From a virus (taxonomy: Duplodnaviria > Caudoviricetes), in the IMG/VR virus record IMGVR_UViG_3300025121_000013: a DNA stretch of 64,000 nt; one strand, 5' to 3'. This document shows positions 17,666 to 28,033 of the stretch, piece after piece (the first letter of the stretch is position 1; every line of letters starts with the position of its first letter). The notes below the pieces were generated by a model. The model searched no databases, had not been told where the DNA came from, and saw nothing but the letters and a program-made list of their open reading frames with translations. A program made the translations under genes and the position numbers.

Positions 17666-18273
17666 ATGATCATCACAGAAAATGTCAATGTTAAAGAATC
17701 TATAAATTTTCTAAGATCTTTGCGTTATATAATTTCTGAATCATATAAGAAAAAAGTAATAGAAACTTTATTTTAAGGGAGGCCAGTAATTATCAAATTA
17801 TGAATCTTTTAATAAATGGAAAGATTCCATCAGAGAAACATGACATTCAAAAGGAACAAGAATTATTTTCGATTTTCAAAGAAAGTATTTTAGAAAATTA
17901 TGATATTTTTTCTTTTTTGATAGGAAAGGAAGAAACTAATAAATTGATTCTTGAGGTAGGCCCGATCAAAAATATTACTTATATTAGAGAGTTTGTTGAT
18001 GCTGGAGTGGCGATTCCTATTCTTGTTGGGGCTTTTGTAGGGCACATGGTTGGGAAAAGACGTAGTATGGAAATGAAAGCATGTAAAGATTCTAAAGATA
18101 AGAAAACTTGTATAAAAAATTATTGGATAAAAGTTCATACTGATATTATTAATGAATTAAAGAAAAGTAAAGCAACTTGTGGAAAACAGAAAAATCCCGC
18201 TAAATGCAAAACCGCTTTTGATAAGATAATTAAAAGACATACTGATGCAATAGAAAAACAAAAGAGAAAATAA
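17666..18273 (+). pseudogene. Single-TM Cys-pair family paralog 2, split by -1 frameshift
   Basis: GGAG RBS + MIITENVNV..TLF* (TAA 17774); -1 frame gives NFILREASNYQIM matching the paralogs. Confidence 0.75.
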
Positions 18274-18311
18274 ATAATTCTTTTAAATAAACATAGTAGG
18301 AGATAAACCAG

Positions 18312-19262
18312 ATGATCATCACAGAAAATGTAAAGATTTCAGATTCTATTTTGTTTCTGACCACAGCTAGAAGTATTTTAGCTGATAATATTAATGAGTC
18401 AAAAATGGAAAACAAAACAGAACTTGTTGAGTTTATTATAAATGAAGCCTCAGACTATGAAATTATGTCTGTTCTAGTCACAAATGAAATGCCTAAGGAA
18501 AAATATAATATTCAAAAGGAAATGCAATTATTTAGTATTTTAAAAGAACAGATTTTAAATTCTTCAGATGTTTTAATGGAAGCGATGGGGTCTAAAGTTT
18601 TCAAGGAATTCATTCTGGAAATTGGCCCGGTCTATCCTCATCTTTCCACGGCTAAACCTTTGCTTGAGTTCTATATGAATTCTCATAGTTTAAACGAAGA
18701 CTGGAAAGATTGGAATGCTAGAACAGTTTTAAATAAAGCAGGTGAAGGAATTTCTAAAGCGGGAAAAAAGGCTGGAGAAGTCACTGGCATTGCAGGGCAT
18801 TCTGCTGAAAAATCCTCTGAGGCAGGATTTCAAACTGCAAAAAAATTATATCAACAAACACAATCAAATAAAGCTCTTCAAAAAGGTATAAAAATTGATA
18901 AAGATATTTTAAGAAAAAAAGCAAAGGAATCTGCTGAAAAAGGCATTTCTTCTGTTAAAGCTCTAGCCTCTGGACCGATGGGAAAATATCTTGGAGGCGC
19001 AGCCCTTGCTACTCTTCTCGCTTTTGCTGGAATTAAGCTTTATAAAAAATATTTTTCACAAGCAGCTAAGTCCTGTAAAAACTCTCCAGATAAAGCGGGT
19101 TGTATGAAAAAGTTTAGACAAGACGCAATAAAGAAACAAATGGATAGTTTACGTTCCTCGTTATCTTCTTGTAAAAAATCTAATAATCCAGAAAAGTGTG
19201 AATCATTGATTCAACAAAGAATTTCAAAACTTAGTAAACAAATTGCTAATTTAGCAAGATAA
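18312..19262 (+). CDS. Single-TM Cys-pair family paralog 3
   Basis: MIITENVK, EASDYEIM, GGAALATLLAFAG, CKNSPDKAGC, CKKSNNPEKC. Confidence 0.8.
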   Translation: MIITENVKISDSILFLTTARSILADNINESKMENKTELVEFIINEASDYEIMSVLVTNEMPKEKYNIQKEMQLFSILKEQILNSSDVLMEAMGSKVFKEFILEIGPVYPHLSTAKPLLEFYMNSHSLNEDWKDWNARTVLNKAGEGISKAGKKAGEVTGIAGHSAEKSSEAGFQTAKKLYQQTQSNKALQKGIKIDKDILRKKAKESAEKGISSVKALASGPMGKYLGGAALATLLAFAGIKLYKKYFSQAAKSCKNSPDKAGCMKKFRQDAIKKQMDSLRSSLSSCKKSNNPEKCESLIQQRISKLSKQIANLAR

Positions 19263-19293
19263 ACAATATTTTTATATCAGGAGATTTAAAACA

Positions 19294-20268
19294 ATGATTA
19301 TCACAGAAAATGTAAAACTTTCTGACTCAATTTTATTCTTGACTATTGCTCGTCAAACTTTAGCTGAAGCAGTCTCAAAACAAAACATGAAAGATTTTCT
19401 TATCAATGAAGCTTCTGATTATGAAATTATGAGTCTTTTAATGACAAATAAAATGCCTAAAGAAAAATATAATATTCAATCTGAGATGGCTTTATTTAGT
19501 TTGTTAAAGGAACAAGTTTTAGGTTCTTATAATGTTCTTTATGAAATGATTGGTAAGGAACCTTTAAATACTTTTATATCTGAAGTGGGTCCAGTTTATC
19601 CCCAACTTTCAACGGCTAAACCTTTGCTTGAGTTCTTTATGAATTCTCATACAGATATTTTAAATGAAAAATTAAGTGACCATTTTAGCACTAATATATT
19701 TAAAGGCCCAAATGATAAAGGCTTTACTGGAGATGAATTAAAAAGGCATGAGGCTTTAAAGAAGAAGGCTGCTATTATGAAAGCTGGAAAAGTTGGAGAG
19801 TTAAAACGTAAAGGCATGGCTATGGGGAAAGAAGCGTTAGAAAAGGGTGTGCAGAAAGGACAAGAGATCAAGGGAAATGTTCAACAAGGAGTACAGCAAG
19901 CGAAAACATCTGGGACTAACGCTCTTGCAGCTGGAAAAGCCGCTGCTGAAAAGGGAATTGGCGCTGTCAATAAATTTGCTACAACTCCAGTAGGTAAGGC
20001 TGTTGGTGGTTTGGCATTGGCAGCCCTCCTTGGTTATGGCGCGGCAAAAATTTATAAGAATTATTTTTCTGCTGCAGCGAAACAATGTTCTGGCGCTCCA
20101 GATAAAGCCGCTTGTATGAGAAAGTTTAAGCAAGATGCTTTAAGAAAACAAATTGCCGGTTTGAATTCTTCGATGTCAGCTTGTAGAAATTCTTCTAATC
20201 CACAAAAGTGCACTGAAGGAATTAAAGCGAGAATTCAAAAATTAAATGACCAAATTACAAAAGCTTAA
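19294..20268 (+). CDS. Single-TM Cys-pair family paralog 4
   Basis: MIITENVK, EASDYEIM, GGLALAALLGYG, CSGAPDKAAC, CRNSSNPQKC. Confidence 0.8.
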   Translation: MIITENVKLSDSILFLTIARQTLAEAVSKQNMKDFLINEASDYEIMSLLMTNKMPKEKYNIQSEMALFSLLKEQVLGSYNVLYEMIGKEPLNTFISEVGPVYPQLSTAKPLLEFFMNSHTDILNEKLSDHFSTNIFKGPNDKGFTGDELKRHEALKKKAAIMKAGKVGELKRKGMAMGKEALEKGVQKGQEIKGNVQQGVQQAKTSGTNALAAGKAAAEKGIGAVNKFATTPVGKAVGGLALAALLGYGAAKIYKNYFSAAAKQCSGAPDKAACMRKFKQDALRKQIAGLNSSMSACRNSSNPQKCTEGIKARIQKLNDQITKA

Positions 20269-20298
20269 AAAATAAGTTTTTAAAAATATACAAACCCT

Positions 20299-20339
20299 GG
20301 CTCCCTAAAGAACAAATATAAAAGATTCTTTTGGGAGCC
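20299..20339 (+). promoter_or_regulatory. Hairpin (possible terminator) enclosing late promoter motif AGAACAAATATAAA (20309-20322)
   Basis: GGCTCCC-T-AAAGAA / TTCTTT-T-GGGAGCC stem with the motif in arm and loop. Confidence 0.6.
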
Positions 20340-20375
20340 GTCTTTCACATCATTACAAATGAAAAGGAGATAAGG

Positions 20376-21155
20376 ATGTTTACTGGATTTAGAACTGCGA
20401 AAAAGCCTGTTTATGAAGTCATCACCCCTCAGACTAAATTGTCGTTTAAATTAAGAAGTCTTACCGTTAGAGAAGAAGAAAGACTCAAGGCAAGTTTGCT
20501 AACCCCATCAAAAGTTACGGAACATTTAAATCAATGTATTTTTGATTCGATTGATCAAAAGCCAGAATCGATCACAGATTTTAAATCTTTTCTTCAAAGT
20601 TTAACGATAAAAGATAGAGACGCTCTTCTTTATGGTTTGTATCATGTTAGCTACGAAGAAATTAGAAACTATGATGTAAAATGTGCAAGTTGTTCAAAAG
20701 AATTCCCAGTTACGATTAAGGCTTCTTCCACTTTCAATGTGACTCCATATCCAGACAATGACATTCTTACAAAAAGAGTTCGTTTTAATCTTCCTGAATA
20801 TAATGGGGTATGGGTTGTTTTAAAACAGCCTACTTTAGAAGATGAATTAAAAGGGTTGAAAGATTTAGGAACATCTAATTTAGACACTTTAAATAAAATT
20901 CTTCCTATTGAAAGTATTGAAGAAGAAAATAATGTTACCTCAGATCAAATTATTTTTAAAGATAAAACTGATATTTTAGATGCATTTAAAGAACTTATTC
21001 CTAAGGATAAAAATTTTATAACTGAAAAATATAATGAAACTTTTGGAAAATATGGAATTGACTTAAAGATGAAAACATTTTGTGCTCACTGTGGCCATAG
21101 CCAAATCGTTGGCATTGATCTTGTGGAAAACTTTTTTCGTATGGTATTTATCTGA
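20376..21155 (+). CDS. Baseplate hub assembly protein, T4 gp26-like
   Basis: P.YEVITP..K...RSLTVREE; CxxC pairs (CASC, CAHC); AAGGAG before ATG 20376. Confidence 0.7.
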   Translation: MFTGFRTAKKPVYEVITPQTKLSFKLRSLTVREEERLKASLLTPSKVTEHLNQCIFDSIDQKPESITDFKSFLQSLTIKDRDALLYGLYHVSYEEIRNYDVKCASCSKEFPVTIKASSTFNVTPYPDNDILTKRVRFNLPEYNGVWVVLKQPTLEDELKGLKDLGTSNLDTLNKILPIESIEEENNVTSDQIIFKDKTDILDAFKELIPKDKNFITEKYNETFGKYGIDLKMKTFCAHCGHSQIVGIDLVENFFRMVFI

Positions 21156-21351
21156 TTTAGATCAAGAAACTTATAAAAAAGTTCTTGATGAAAATATTTA
21201 TACTTGTATGGAATTGTCTAAACAATCCTATGAAGATATTTTAGAAATGCCCGTAGCAAGGTTCACTACATATTTGAAATGGAAATCAAAATTGGAGGAA
21301 GAGAAAATGAAAAGCCTTGCTAGCATGTCAAATTTTGGAAAAAGAAAATGA
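21132..21351 (+). CDS. gp51-like / tail chaperone C-terminal segment, probably reached by +1 frameshift from gp26
   Basis: No RBS-linked start; SYEDILEMP.ARF..Y.....EEEK pattern; overlaps the gp26 end at TTT TTT CGT. Confidence 0.55.
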
Positions 21352-21764
21352 ATTTTTTAGATAGATTTAATAAATCATCAATCGGCTCAAATAATAAACT
21401 TATAGACTTTACATCCAATATAGGTTCCCAAGGAGATTTTCAAAAAATTTATGATATCGATGTAATTATAAATTCATGGAAGAATATTCTTACGACAAGA
21501 TTGGGAACCTATATTGATGATCCAACTTATGGCAGTAAAATTTATGATTTATTGTTTCAACCCTTTGATGAGGGAACGAGACAAGATATTTTAAATGAAG
21601 TCAAAGAAAGACTTTTTTCTATTGATGATAGAGCCGATATTAGAAATCTTGATGTAAAAAGGATTTCAGGAAAGAAAGGGTTTGTGGTTTTTATAAATGT
21701 TAATTATGATAAAAAGAATGTAACTTTCACAGTTCCTTTTACAGAATCAAATATTGGAAGTTAA
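21348..21764 (+). CDS. Baseplate wedge protein gp25-like
   Basis: IINSWKNILTTRLGTYIDDPTYGS.I..LLFQP pattern. Confidence 0.85.
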   Translation: MNFLDRFNKSSIGSNNKLIDFTSNIGSQGDFQKIYDIDVIINSWKNILTTRLGTYIDDPTYGSKIYDLLFQPFDEGTRQDILNEVKERLFSIDDRADIRNLDVKRISGKKGFVVFINVNYDKKNVTFTVPFTESNIGS

Positions 21765-21767
21765 ACA

Positions 21768-22280
21768 ATGAATTTCGGCTATTATTTAATTGTAAAAACT
21801 TATAAAGGGATCTTTCAAAAAACTCACACTGGAAATACACATTTTATTATTTTACCTACAAATAAGAAATATCTATATTTAAATATAATGGCTGAAGATA
21901 TAGAGACTGGAGATTTACTTGCTGGTAAAATTGAAAATATTAAAGATGAATCTTATCCCAAAAAAGTAATAAAAAATATTCAAAATAAGTTTGGATTTAA
22001 TGCAATTTTTTTAGAAAAGATTTCTCTCGAATATAATGAGAAAGATAAAACCTTATATTATAAAACTAATGATAATACAAAATATTTTCCAAAAAAATTT
22101 AGTTTAGAATATTCAGAAAAACTTTCAAAAGAATATAATATAACCATGTTCTTTTTGAAGGGAAATTTTAAATTAGAACTTAAAGAGGTTGGACAATACA
22201 ATTTTGATTTTAAAATGAATGTTAAAACCTCAATGGCAAAAGCTCTTGCAATAAAAAATTTATTGCTCAAGGAACCATAA
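21768..22280 (+). CDS. Hypothetical protein
   Basis: 170-aa ORF coupled to its neighbours. Confidence 0.6.
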   Translation: MNFGYYLIVKTYKGIFQKTHTGNTHFIILPTNKKYLYLNIMAEDIETGDLLAGKIENIKDESYPKKVIKNIQNKFGFNAIFLEKISLEYNEKDKTLYYKTNDNTKYFPKKFSLEYSEKLSKEYNITMFFLKGNFKLELKEVGQYNFDFKMNVKTSMAKALAIKNLLLKEP

Positions 22281-22925
22281 ATGCAAAAATATAATAGAGT
22301 TTTAGATTATATTCATGAATATCAAAATTTAGTTTATGATTATTATGGAAAACACGGCATACCATTTTTAGTTAATTATTATAATATTGACCGAACAAAT
22401 ACGGTATGGGAAAATGAATATTTGATGGGCGGTTCTTATGAAGACATAGGAAATTTAACAGGGAAAAAATTTAATAAATATTTATTATTGCCAGTTTATT
22501 TTATTGAAGAAATAACAACCATTTTTGATGCTCAGGAAGTTGGATATGTGAAAGAAAATGATACGACTATTGTAATTCCTTATTCTTATGAAATAACGCC
22601 CTATCCCGGAGATATGTTCAAATTAGAACAAGATTTTATGAGACCGACAAATAATATTTATCCTCTATTTATTGTGAGTGGAGCTCAAATTTCTGCAAAC
22701 ACAGATAAAAGGTTTTGGAGTTTAAAAGCTCATATAAAACAAAGTCGAACCACTTCAGAATTAGATTTACAAGTGACAAATAATTATGTCTTTTATGAAT
22801 ATGATAAAACTATTCATACTGTAGATGAAGCGACTTTTTTAACAAAACTTTTATTAAAAAATGAATCACTCAAAGACAATTTGATTTCAAAATTTGATAA
22901 CAATAGTGGTTTCTATTTTCTTTAA
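22281..22925 (+). CDS. Putative virion structural protein (neck/gp14-like, weak)
   Basis: Structural context; PYPGD motif. Confidence 0.4.
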   Translation: MQKYNRVLDYIHEYQNLVYDYYGKHGIPFLVNYYNIDRTNTVWENEYLMGGSYEDIGNLTGKKFNKYLLLPVYFIEEITTIFDAQEVGYVKENDTTIVIPYSYEITPYPGDMFKLEQDFMRPTNNIYPLFIVSGAQISANTDKRFWSLKAHIKQSRTTSELDLQVTNNYVFYEYDKTIHTVDEATFLTKLLLKNESLKDNLISKFDNNSGFYFL

Positions 22926-22936
22926 AAGAGGAACAA

Positions 22937-25396
22937 ATGGCCAACGAAATTTCTAATAAAGTTTATGCATCAAGAGAACAAATACGAAACCAAATTATTT
23001 CTTATATGCAATCCTATCTTGAATTGGAAAATGTTGATTTAGCCAAATCAAGTTTTGTTTCTTTTTTAATCAATGTTCTTTCTAGCTTAACAAGCAATTT
23101 ATTATTTTATCAATTATCGACATATAGAGAATTCTTTTTAACAAGCGCTCAATTACCAGAATCTATTTTAAATCTTTCTTCTTTTTTAGGATACAATTCT
23201 CAAAATGCCACACCAGCTGTGACAAATGCACTTTTAACAATTCCATTGACTTTTACCTCATCGCCTGCGACCATTACAATTCCCTCTGGATTTAAATTCT
23301 CAACATCAGATGCTTGTTATTTTACAACATATTATATAACCATAATTACGATTACAAATAATACCACAGTTTCAATTAAAATACAAAATGGAAATCAAAG
23401 ATACGATTTACCCTATAATATAGACACAGCAGAAAATACTTTAAGTTTTGTTTTACCTTTAAAACAAGTTGTGAGCAATGTTCAAGAATTTTCCTTAGAT
23501 CAAGATATTCAAATATATCAATTTGTGACTTTAGATATTCCCTTAACTAATCAATCCGCTGGATTGACAGTTCAAGTTCAATCTCCTGGAAGTTCTTCAT
23601 GGACAACTTATGAAGAATTTACAAGCCTTTATTTAATGTCAAATTTATCTTATGGATTTGTCCAAAGAAGAACTTCCACTGGAATAAGATTATATTTTGG
23701 AAATGGTTTAATCGGAATTCAACCTGCCCCTGGAAGTAAAATTAGAGTGACAGTTCAGGAAACAAAAGGAGATGATGGAAATATTATTGCAGGAGCTTTA
23801 AGATCTGGAGAAAGACTTTATGTTCCATTATATTCTGGAGGTTATGAAATTGTAAATTATACAGTTTTAAACGCTTCTCCGGCAGTCAATGGAGTCGATC
23901 AAGAATCCATTGACGAGGTTAGAAGAAATGCAATTTCTGGTTTGACGACATTAGGAAAACTTTCTTCCGAGAGTGATTTTAGTCATGTTTCTGAAGTCTC
24001 AAATAATTCTAATATTATAAAGTCTTTACCAATTTTAAAAAGATCTGATATAAAGAATAATGAAATTCTAATTTTTACAGTTTTAAATTTTTTAAATGAA
24101 ATTGTTCCAACAAGAAATTTATATGCCTCAGTCGATGACTCAACCACTTATATTCCAAGGGGAACAACATTCAATTTTGATGATGAAGATTATTTAACAA
24201 TATTTGATATGAATTTAGACACAATAAATTATTCGGCACTTTATTCTTATATTATGTATGAAATACAACAAATTCCATCTTTAATTACAAGCTATGGATC
24301 TTCATATAATATTACCGCAGATAATCTTTTAGTTCAAAGATCTGGCAGTTCTGCACTTTTTCAATTAACTTATAAATCGGATGAATTAGATTCTTATCTT
24401 ACAGAATGTACTTTAGAGAACGCATATTCTGGCATAACTTATAATATGACAAATGATGCTACAAGTTCTTTTACTTATACCTTTTCAGATTATACCATTA
24501 TTCCTGAGGGAGAAAATACATATTATTTTAATATCTCAAAAGGCGGATCAAATATTGCAAAATATTCTTCGACATTTACTTTTAGAAAAAACTTAAATAA
24601 TTTTATGATGTCAAATTTAACAACAGACTCAACAGCTATAACCATTTATGATATTCCAGTTATTAAAAAATCTTATTATAATTCGATAAATCAAAGAGAT
24701 TTTGAATTACTAGTTTTACAAAATCTTTTAGACACAATCAATTTTTCTCAATATAAAATGTTGACTGATTTTCTAAATTTAAAATTTTCAAATACGACAG
24801 GTAATTTATATTCGATGACATATAATAAACAAACAAAATTACCCGTGATAGATTTTAGATCTAGCCCTCCAACATTTCCCACATTGAACGACAGATATAT
24901 TGTTAAAGATGGAGTAGGAGATTGGCTAAATAAAGATGGGCAAATTGCTCAATGTACAGATGAAACAAGTATGACATGGATTTACATAATTCCATTTACA
25001 GATGATATTGTCGAGGTTTTAAATTCAAATAGAAAATATGTGTATACGGAAACAGGATGGTTTTATCCCATTTTAACAAATCCCTTGGAAATAGAAATTG
25101 AGGTTTATAAATCTTCAACATACACGGGAACTGCCACAGAATTAGCCAATAATATTTCCTTAACAATTTTAGAAAACTATCAAGACAGATTTGGAATCAA
25201 TACAAAAATATTTAAATCTGAATTAATAAATACCGTTCAAGATGTTGACGGGGTTGAACATTGCAGAATTATAAAACCTGTCACAAGTATATTTTTCAAT
25301 TTTGATATAAAAGAATTCACTCAAGATGAACTTTTAAAATATGGCCCAGAATATATTTATTTCACTGCTAGCAATATTAGTATAAAGGTAATTTAA
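22937..25396 (+). CDS. Baseplate wedge protein gp6-like
   Basis: N-terminal QI..YMQSY..L; LYFGNG..G..P; GVDQESIDEVRRNA; C-terminal VQDVDGVEHC. Confidence 0.85.
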   Translation: MANEISNKVYASREQIRNQIISYMQSYLELENVDLAKSSFVSFLINVLSSLTSNLLFYQLSTYREFFLTSAQLPESILNLSSFLGYNSQNATPAVTNALLTIPLTFTSSPATITIPSGFKFSTSDACYFTTYYITIITITNNTTVSIKIQNGNQRYDLPYNIDTAENTLSFVLPLKQVVSNVQEFSLDQDIQIYQFVTLDIPLTNQSAGLTVQVQSPGSSSWTTYEEFTSLYLMSNLSYGFVQRRTSTGIRLYFGNGLIGIQPAPGSKIRVTVQETKGDDGNIIAGALRSGERLYVPLYSGGYEIVNYTVLNASPAVNGVDQESIDEVRRNAISGLTTLGKLSSESDFSHVSEVSNNSNIIKSLPILKRSDIKNNEILIFTVLNFLNEIVPTRNLYASVDDSTTYIPRGTTFNFDDEDYLTIFDMNLDTINYSALYSYIMYEIQQIPSLITSYGSSYNITADNLLVQRSGSSALFQLTYKSDELDSYLTECTLENAYSGITYNMTNDATSSFTYTFSDYTIIPEGENTYYFNISKGGSNIAKYSSTFTFRKNLNNFMMSNLTTDSTAITIYDIPVIKKSYYNSINQRDFELLVLQNLLDTINFSQYKMLTDFLNLKFSNTTGNLYSMTYNKQTKLPVIDFRSSPPTFPTLNDRYIVKDGVGDWLNKDGQIAQCTDETSMTWIYIIPFTDDIVEVLNSNRKYVYTETGWFYPILTNPLEIEIEVYKSSTYTGTATELANNISLTILENYQDRFGINTKIFKSELINTVQDVDGVEHCRIIKPVTSIFFNFDIKEFTQDELLKYGPEYIYFTASNISIKVI

Positions 25397-25397
25397 C

Positions 25398-26525
25398 ATG
25401 CCAATTGATGATGTCATTAAAAAAGGAAAAATTAACGATCCTTCTTTAAAAAAATTGATTGTCAATATTACAGGAAAAGAATTAGCTAAATTATCTGAGC
25501 CATGTTATTATCCATCTCTTAAGAAATATTATTTTGAACTTCTTCATGAAACTAATTTAACAGAAAATGATATAAAAAAATTTGTGAAAGATTTTTATAA
25601 AGATCTTCCAGCTTCAAAATGGGCTCTACAAACAGATCCGATAACAAACTTTCTGATTATTTTAATGTATTATTTTTTGAAAAATAAAGATTATATTTCT
25701 TTTCAATATACTTTACTTTTTATGGGAATAAGAAACTATGCAAATATTTTAAACAAACAAATGAAGTTTTGCAAAGAAGAACATTTTAAATATGCGATTC
25801 AACATTTAAATAGGACACATTTATTTGTGAGAGAAGGAAGTATTGGAAATGGAATTTATTATCTATCTAAAGAATTAGCTAAAAGATATAATTCAAAAAT
25901 TCTTGAAGGAAATCCAGAAGGCATATCTGAATTTATTACAGAATATAGACATAGAATATCTCAAAGTTTAAAAAGTTTTGCTGAGGAATATTATAGAGCC
26001 TCTGAAAGCGGAATGGGTATTAAAACACAAATTGAATATGAAGATGAAGAAGGAAACATTAATTTACATCAAGAAAAAGGTGGTGAGAAAGGATCTGAAT
26101 TAATCAATAATATTACTAAGAAAATTGCCATCTATAAATACGTAGATAAAAAAGCACAAATCGAAGCACAAAAACTAACCAAAATCAATTATTCTTTATC
26201 CAATTTGTTAATTAATAATTTAAATGATATCAAATATTCTGACAAAATTCATAATATTCTAAGATTATTTGTAAAGGACTTAAGCTCTACAAAAGAGGTA
26301 TGTGGAGATCAATTCTATCCTTTTGTAAAAAAATTGATGGGAACTAAATCTATTAAAATAAATAGTTTTAGAGGATCGATAAATATTCTTCTTTTAAACC
26401 TAATTGAAGATATAGGATTTAAAGAAGAGTATGATAATCTTGGAATTCAAACAAAAAAATTAATCTCTGATTTCTTAGCTTATTATATCACAATGGTTTT
26501 ACGAAATACATTATGTTTTAAATAA
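25398..26525 (+). CDS. Hypothetical protein (end of late operon)
   Basis: 375-aa ORF with typical codon usage. Confidence 0.7.
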   Translation: MPIDDVIKKGKINDPSLKKLIVNITGKELAKLSEPCYYPSLKKYYFELLHETNLTENDIKKFVKDFYKDLPASKWALQTDPITNFLIILMYYFLKNKDYISFQYTLLFMGIRNYANILNKQMKFCKEEHFKYAIQHLNRTHLFVREGSIGNGIYYLSKELAKRYNSKILEGNPEGISEFITEYRHRISQSLKSFAEEYYRASESGMGIKTQIEYEDEEGNINLHQEKGGEKGSELINNITKKIAIYKYVDKKAQIEAQKLTKINYSLSNLLINNLNDIKYSDKIHNILRLFVKDLSSTKEVCGDQFYPFVKKLMGTKSIKINSFRGSINILLLNLIEDIGFKEEYDNLGIQTKKLISDFLAYYITMVLRNTLCFK

Positions 26526-28014
26526 CCTCATTTATTTTTTGATAAACAAATTTTCCTATGGAAATATTTTGTTGATTTTGATCTTGATTTTGTATTCCTT
26601 CAGAAAAACTCGGAGCATCTTTCAAAACATTTCCAGTAAGCATATCTATTACCACATTATCTTTAATAAATTCTCTTGCCTCAACAAGAACTCTATCTAA
26701 AATATTCATAACTCTTAACGCTTCTAAATAATCAGAACTATTTTCTAAAAATTCTGTAACCATTGCCGCAGCTTCAGAGTGAATCCCAAAAGCTCCTAAA
26801 ATAGTGTTCACATTATTAACCACACTGTCAAGTTCATTCAATACCGCAGGAACGCCTTCTTGAGCAATTCTAACGACTCCAAGCATTTTATCTAATAATG
26901 TTTTTGATTCTTTGATTTTGTTTGGGTCAACCCTCCCACTTAAAAATTCATCTATCTGTTCAGCGGCTACGCCAAATTCAAAATCTGATTCTTTTTGAAT
27001 TTTCAAAGGAACTAATTTATTTGTACTTAAATCTATATGGGTATCATATAATACGTCTTTAGAGCCACCTAAACTATCTAAATAACTTTTTAAAGATGGC
27101 CTATTTTTATCTTCAGTTCCGCCTTCATTTGCAATTATAGAATTAAACAAACTTCCAAAATCGATTCTAACATCAACTGACCCTAATCTTTGATTATGGC
27201 CTATCATTTGTTGATCGCCGCCTTTTACCACTGTGATATTACTTATAAACGCATAGGGAATTCTAAATATTCCTGGTACGCTTATATTATGTAAAAAAGG
27301 CCAAGAATAAATAAATCCATCAGAAGAAAGTGGAATCCCTAAAAGTAAAAGAGCCGCCAATGGCCCGGTTATATATTTTTTTGTAGAATCTTCATCTGAA
27401 ACATTTGGATTATATAATCTCACTGTAATTGTGTATGAAGGGGTATATGAACTATTTTTCCAAATTATTGGAAAATCCATTCTTCCGCCCATAACCAATG
27501 TTCCCGCACTATTTAATATTGCAGAGAGTGAATTTTTCATAGGAGAATTATTTCCATATGAATTAAATTCATCTTTTATTTCTTTTGGCATAAGTCTTTT
27601 CGCTAAAGCAGATATATCCTTTCCCTCTCTAAATCCAGCCATTTGAGCCGTTCCAGAAATCATATCTGTTGTAATATTAGTTAAACTTTGAAGATAACTT
27701 TGTCCATATTCATTTGTAAAAGAATCTGTTGGAAAATTATCAGCTAAGAAAGCCACTTTTAATTTATTACCTTTAATAGAAAAACCATGATTATTTAATA
27801 TTTTCGTATAAGTTCCCCAATCGTCATCCAACTTAAATACCGTAGCGCCTAAAACGAAATGAGGTTTTTTAGGAGAAATTTCCATTATTGGAGTTGAGTT
27901 TTTATATAGGGCATCACTCACATATCCAGTGGGTGGCATGCCTATAACTTCAGGTAATTCTTTAACATCATTCATTTTATCAATGGTTTCTTGAACAAGA
28001 TTTTCCATAGCCAT
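26518..28014 (-). CDS. Putative tail tube initiator / baseplate-tube junction protein (gp48/gp54-like)
   Basis: FPIIWKNSSY.PSY.ITVRLYNP, AFISNITV.KG, VDVRIDF tube-fold pattern; follows the tape measure. Confidence 0.5.
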   Translation of the reverse strand: MAMENLVQETIDKMNDVKELPEVIGMPPTGYVSDALYKNSTPIMEISPKKPHFVLGATVFKLDDDWGTYTKILNNHGFSIKGNKLKVAFLADNFPTDSFTNEYGQSYLQSLTNITTDMISGTAQMAGFREGKDISALAKRLMPKEIKDEFNSYGNNSPMKNSLSAILNSAGTLVMGGRMDFPIIWKNSSYTPSYTITVRLYNPNVSDEDSTKKYITGPLAALLLLGIPLSSDGFIYSWPFLHNISVPGIFRIPYAFISNITVVKGGDQQMIGHNQRLGSVDVRIDFGSLFNSIIANEGGTEDKNRPSLKSYLDSLGGSKDVLYDTHIDLSTNKLVPLKIQKESDFEFGVAAEQIDEFLSGRVDPNKIKESKTLLDKMLGVVRIAQEGVPAVLNELDSVVNNVNTILGAFGIHSEAAAMVTEFLENSSDYLEALRVMNILDRVLVEAREFIKDNVVIDMLTGNVLKDAPSFSEGIQNQDQNQQNISIGKFVYQKINEVI

Positions 28015-28033
28015 TTATTTTTCAAACTCCTTT

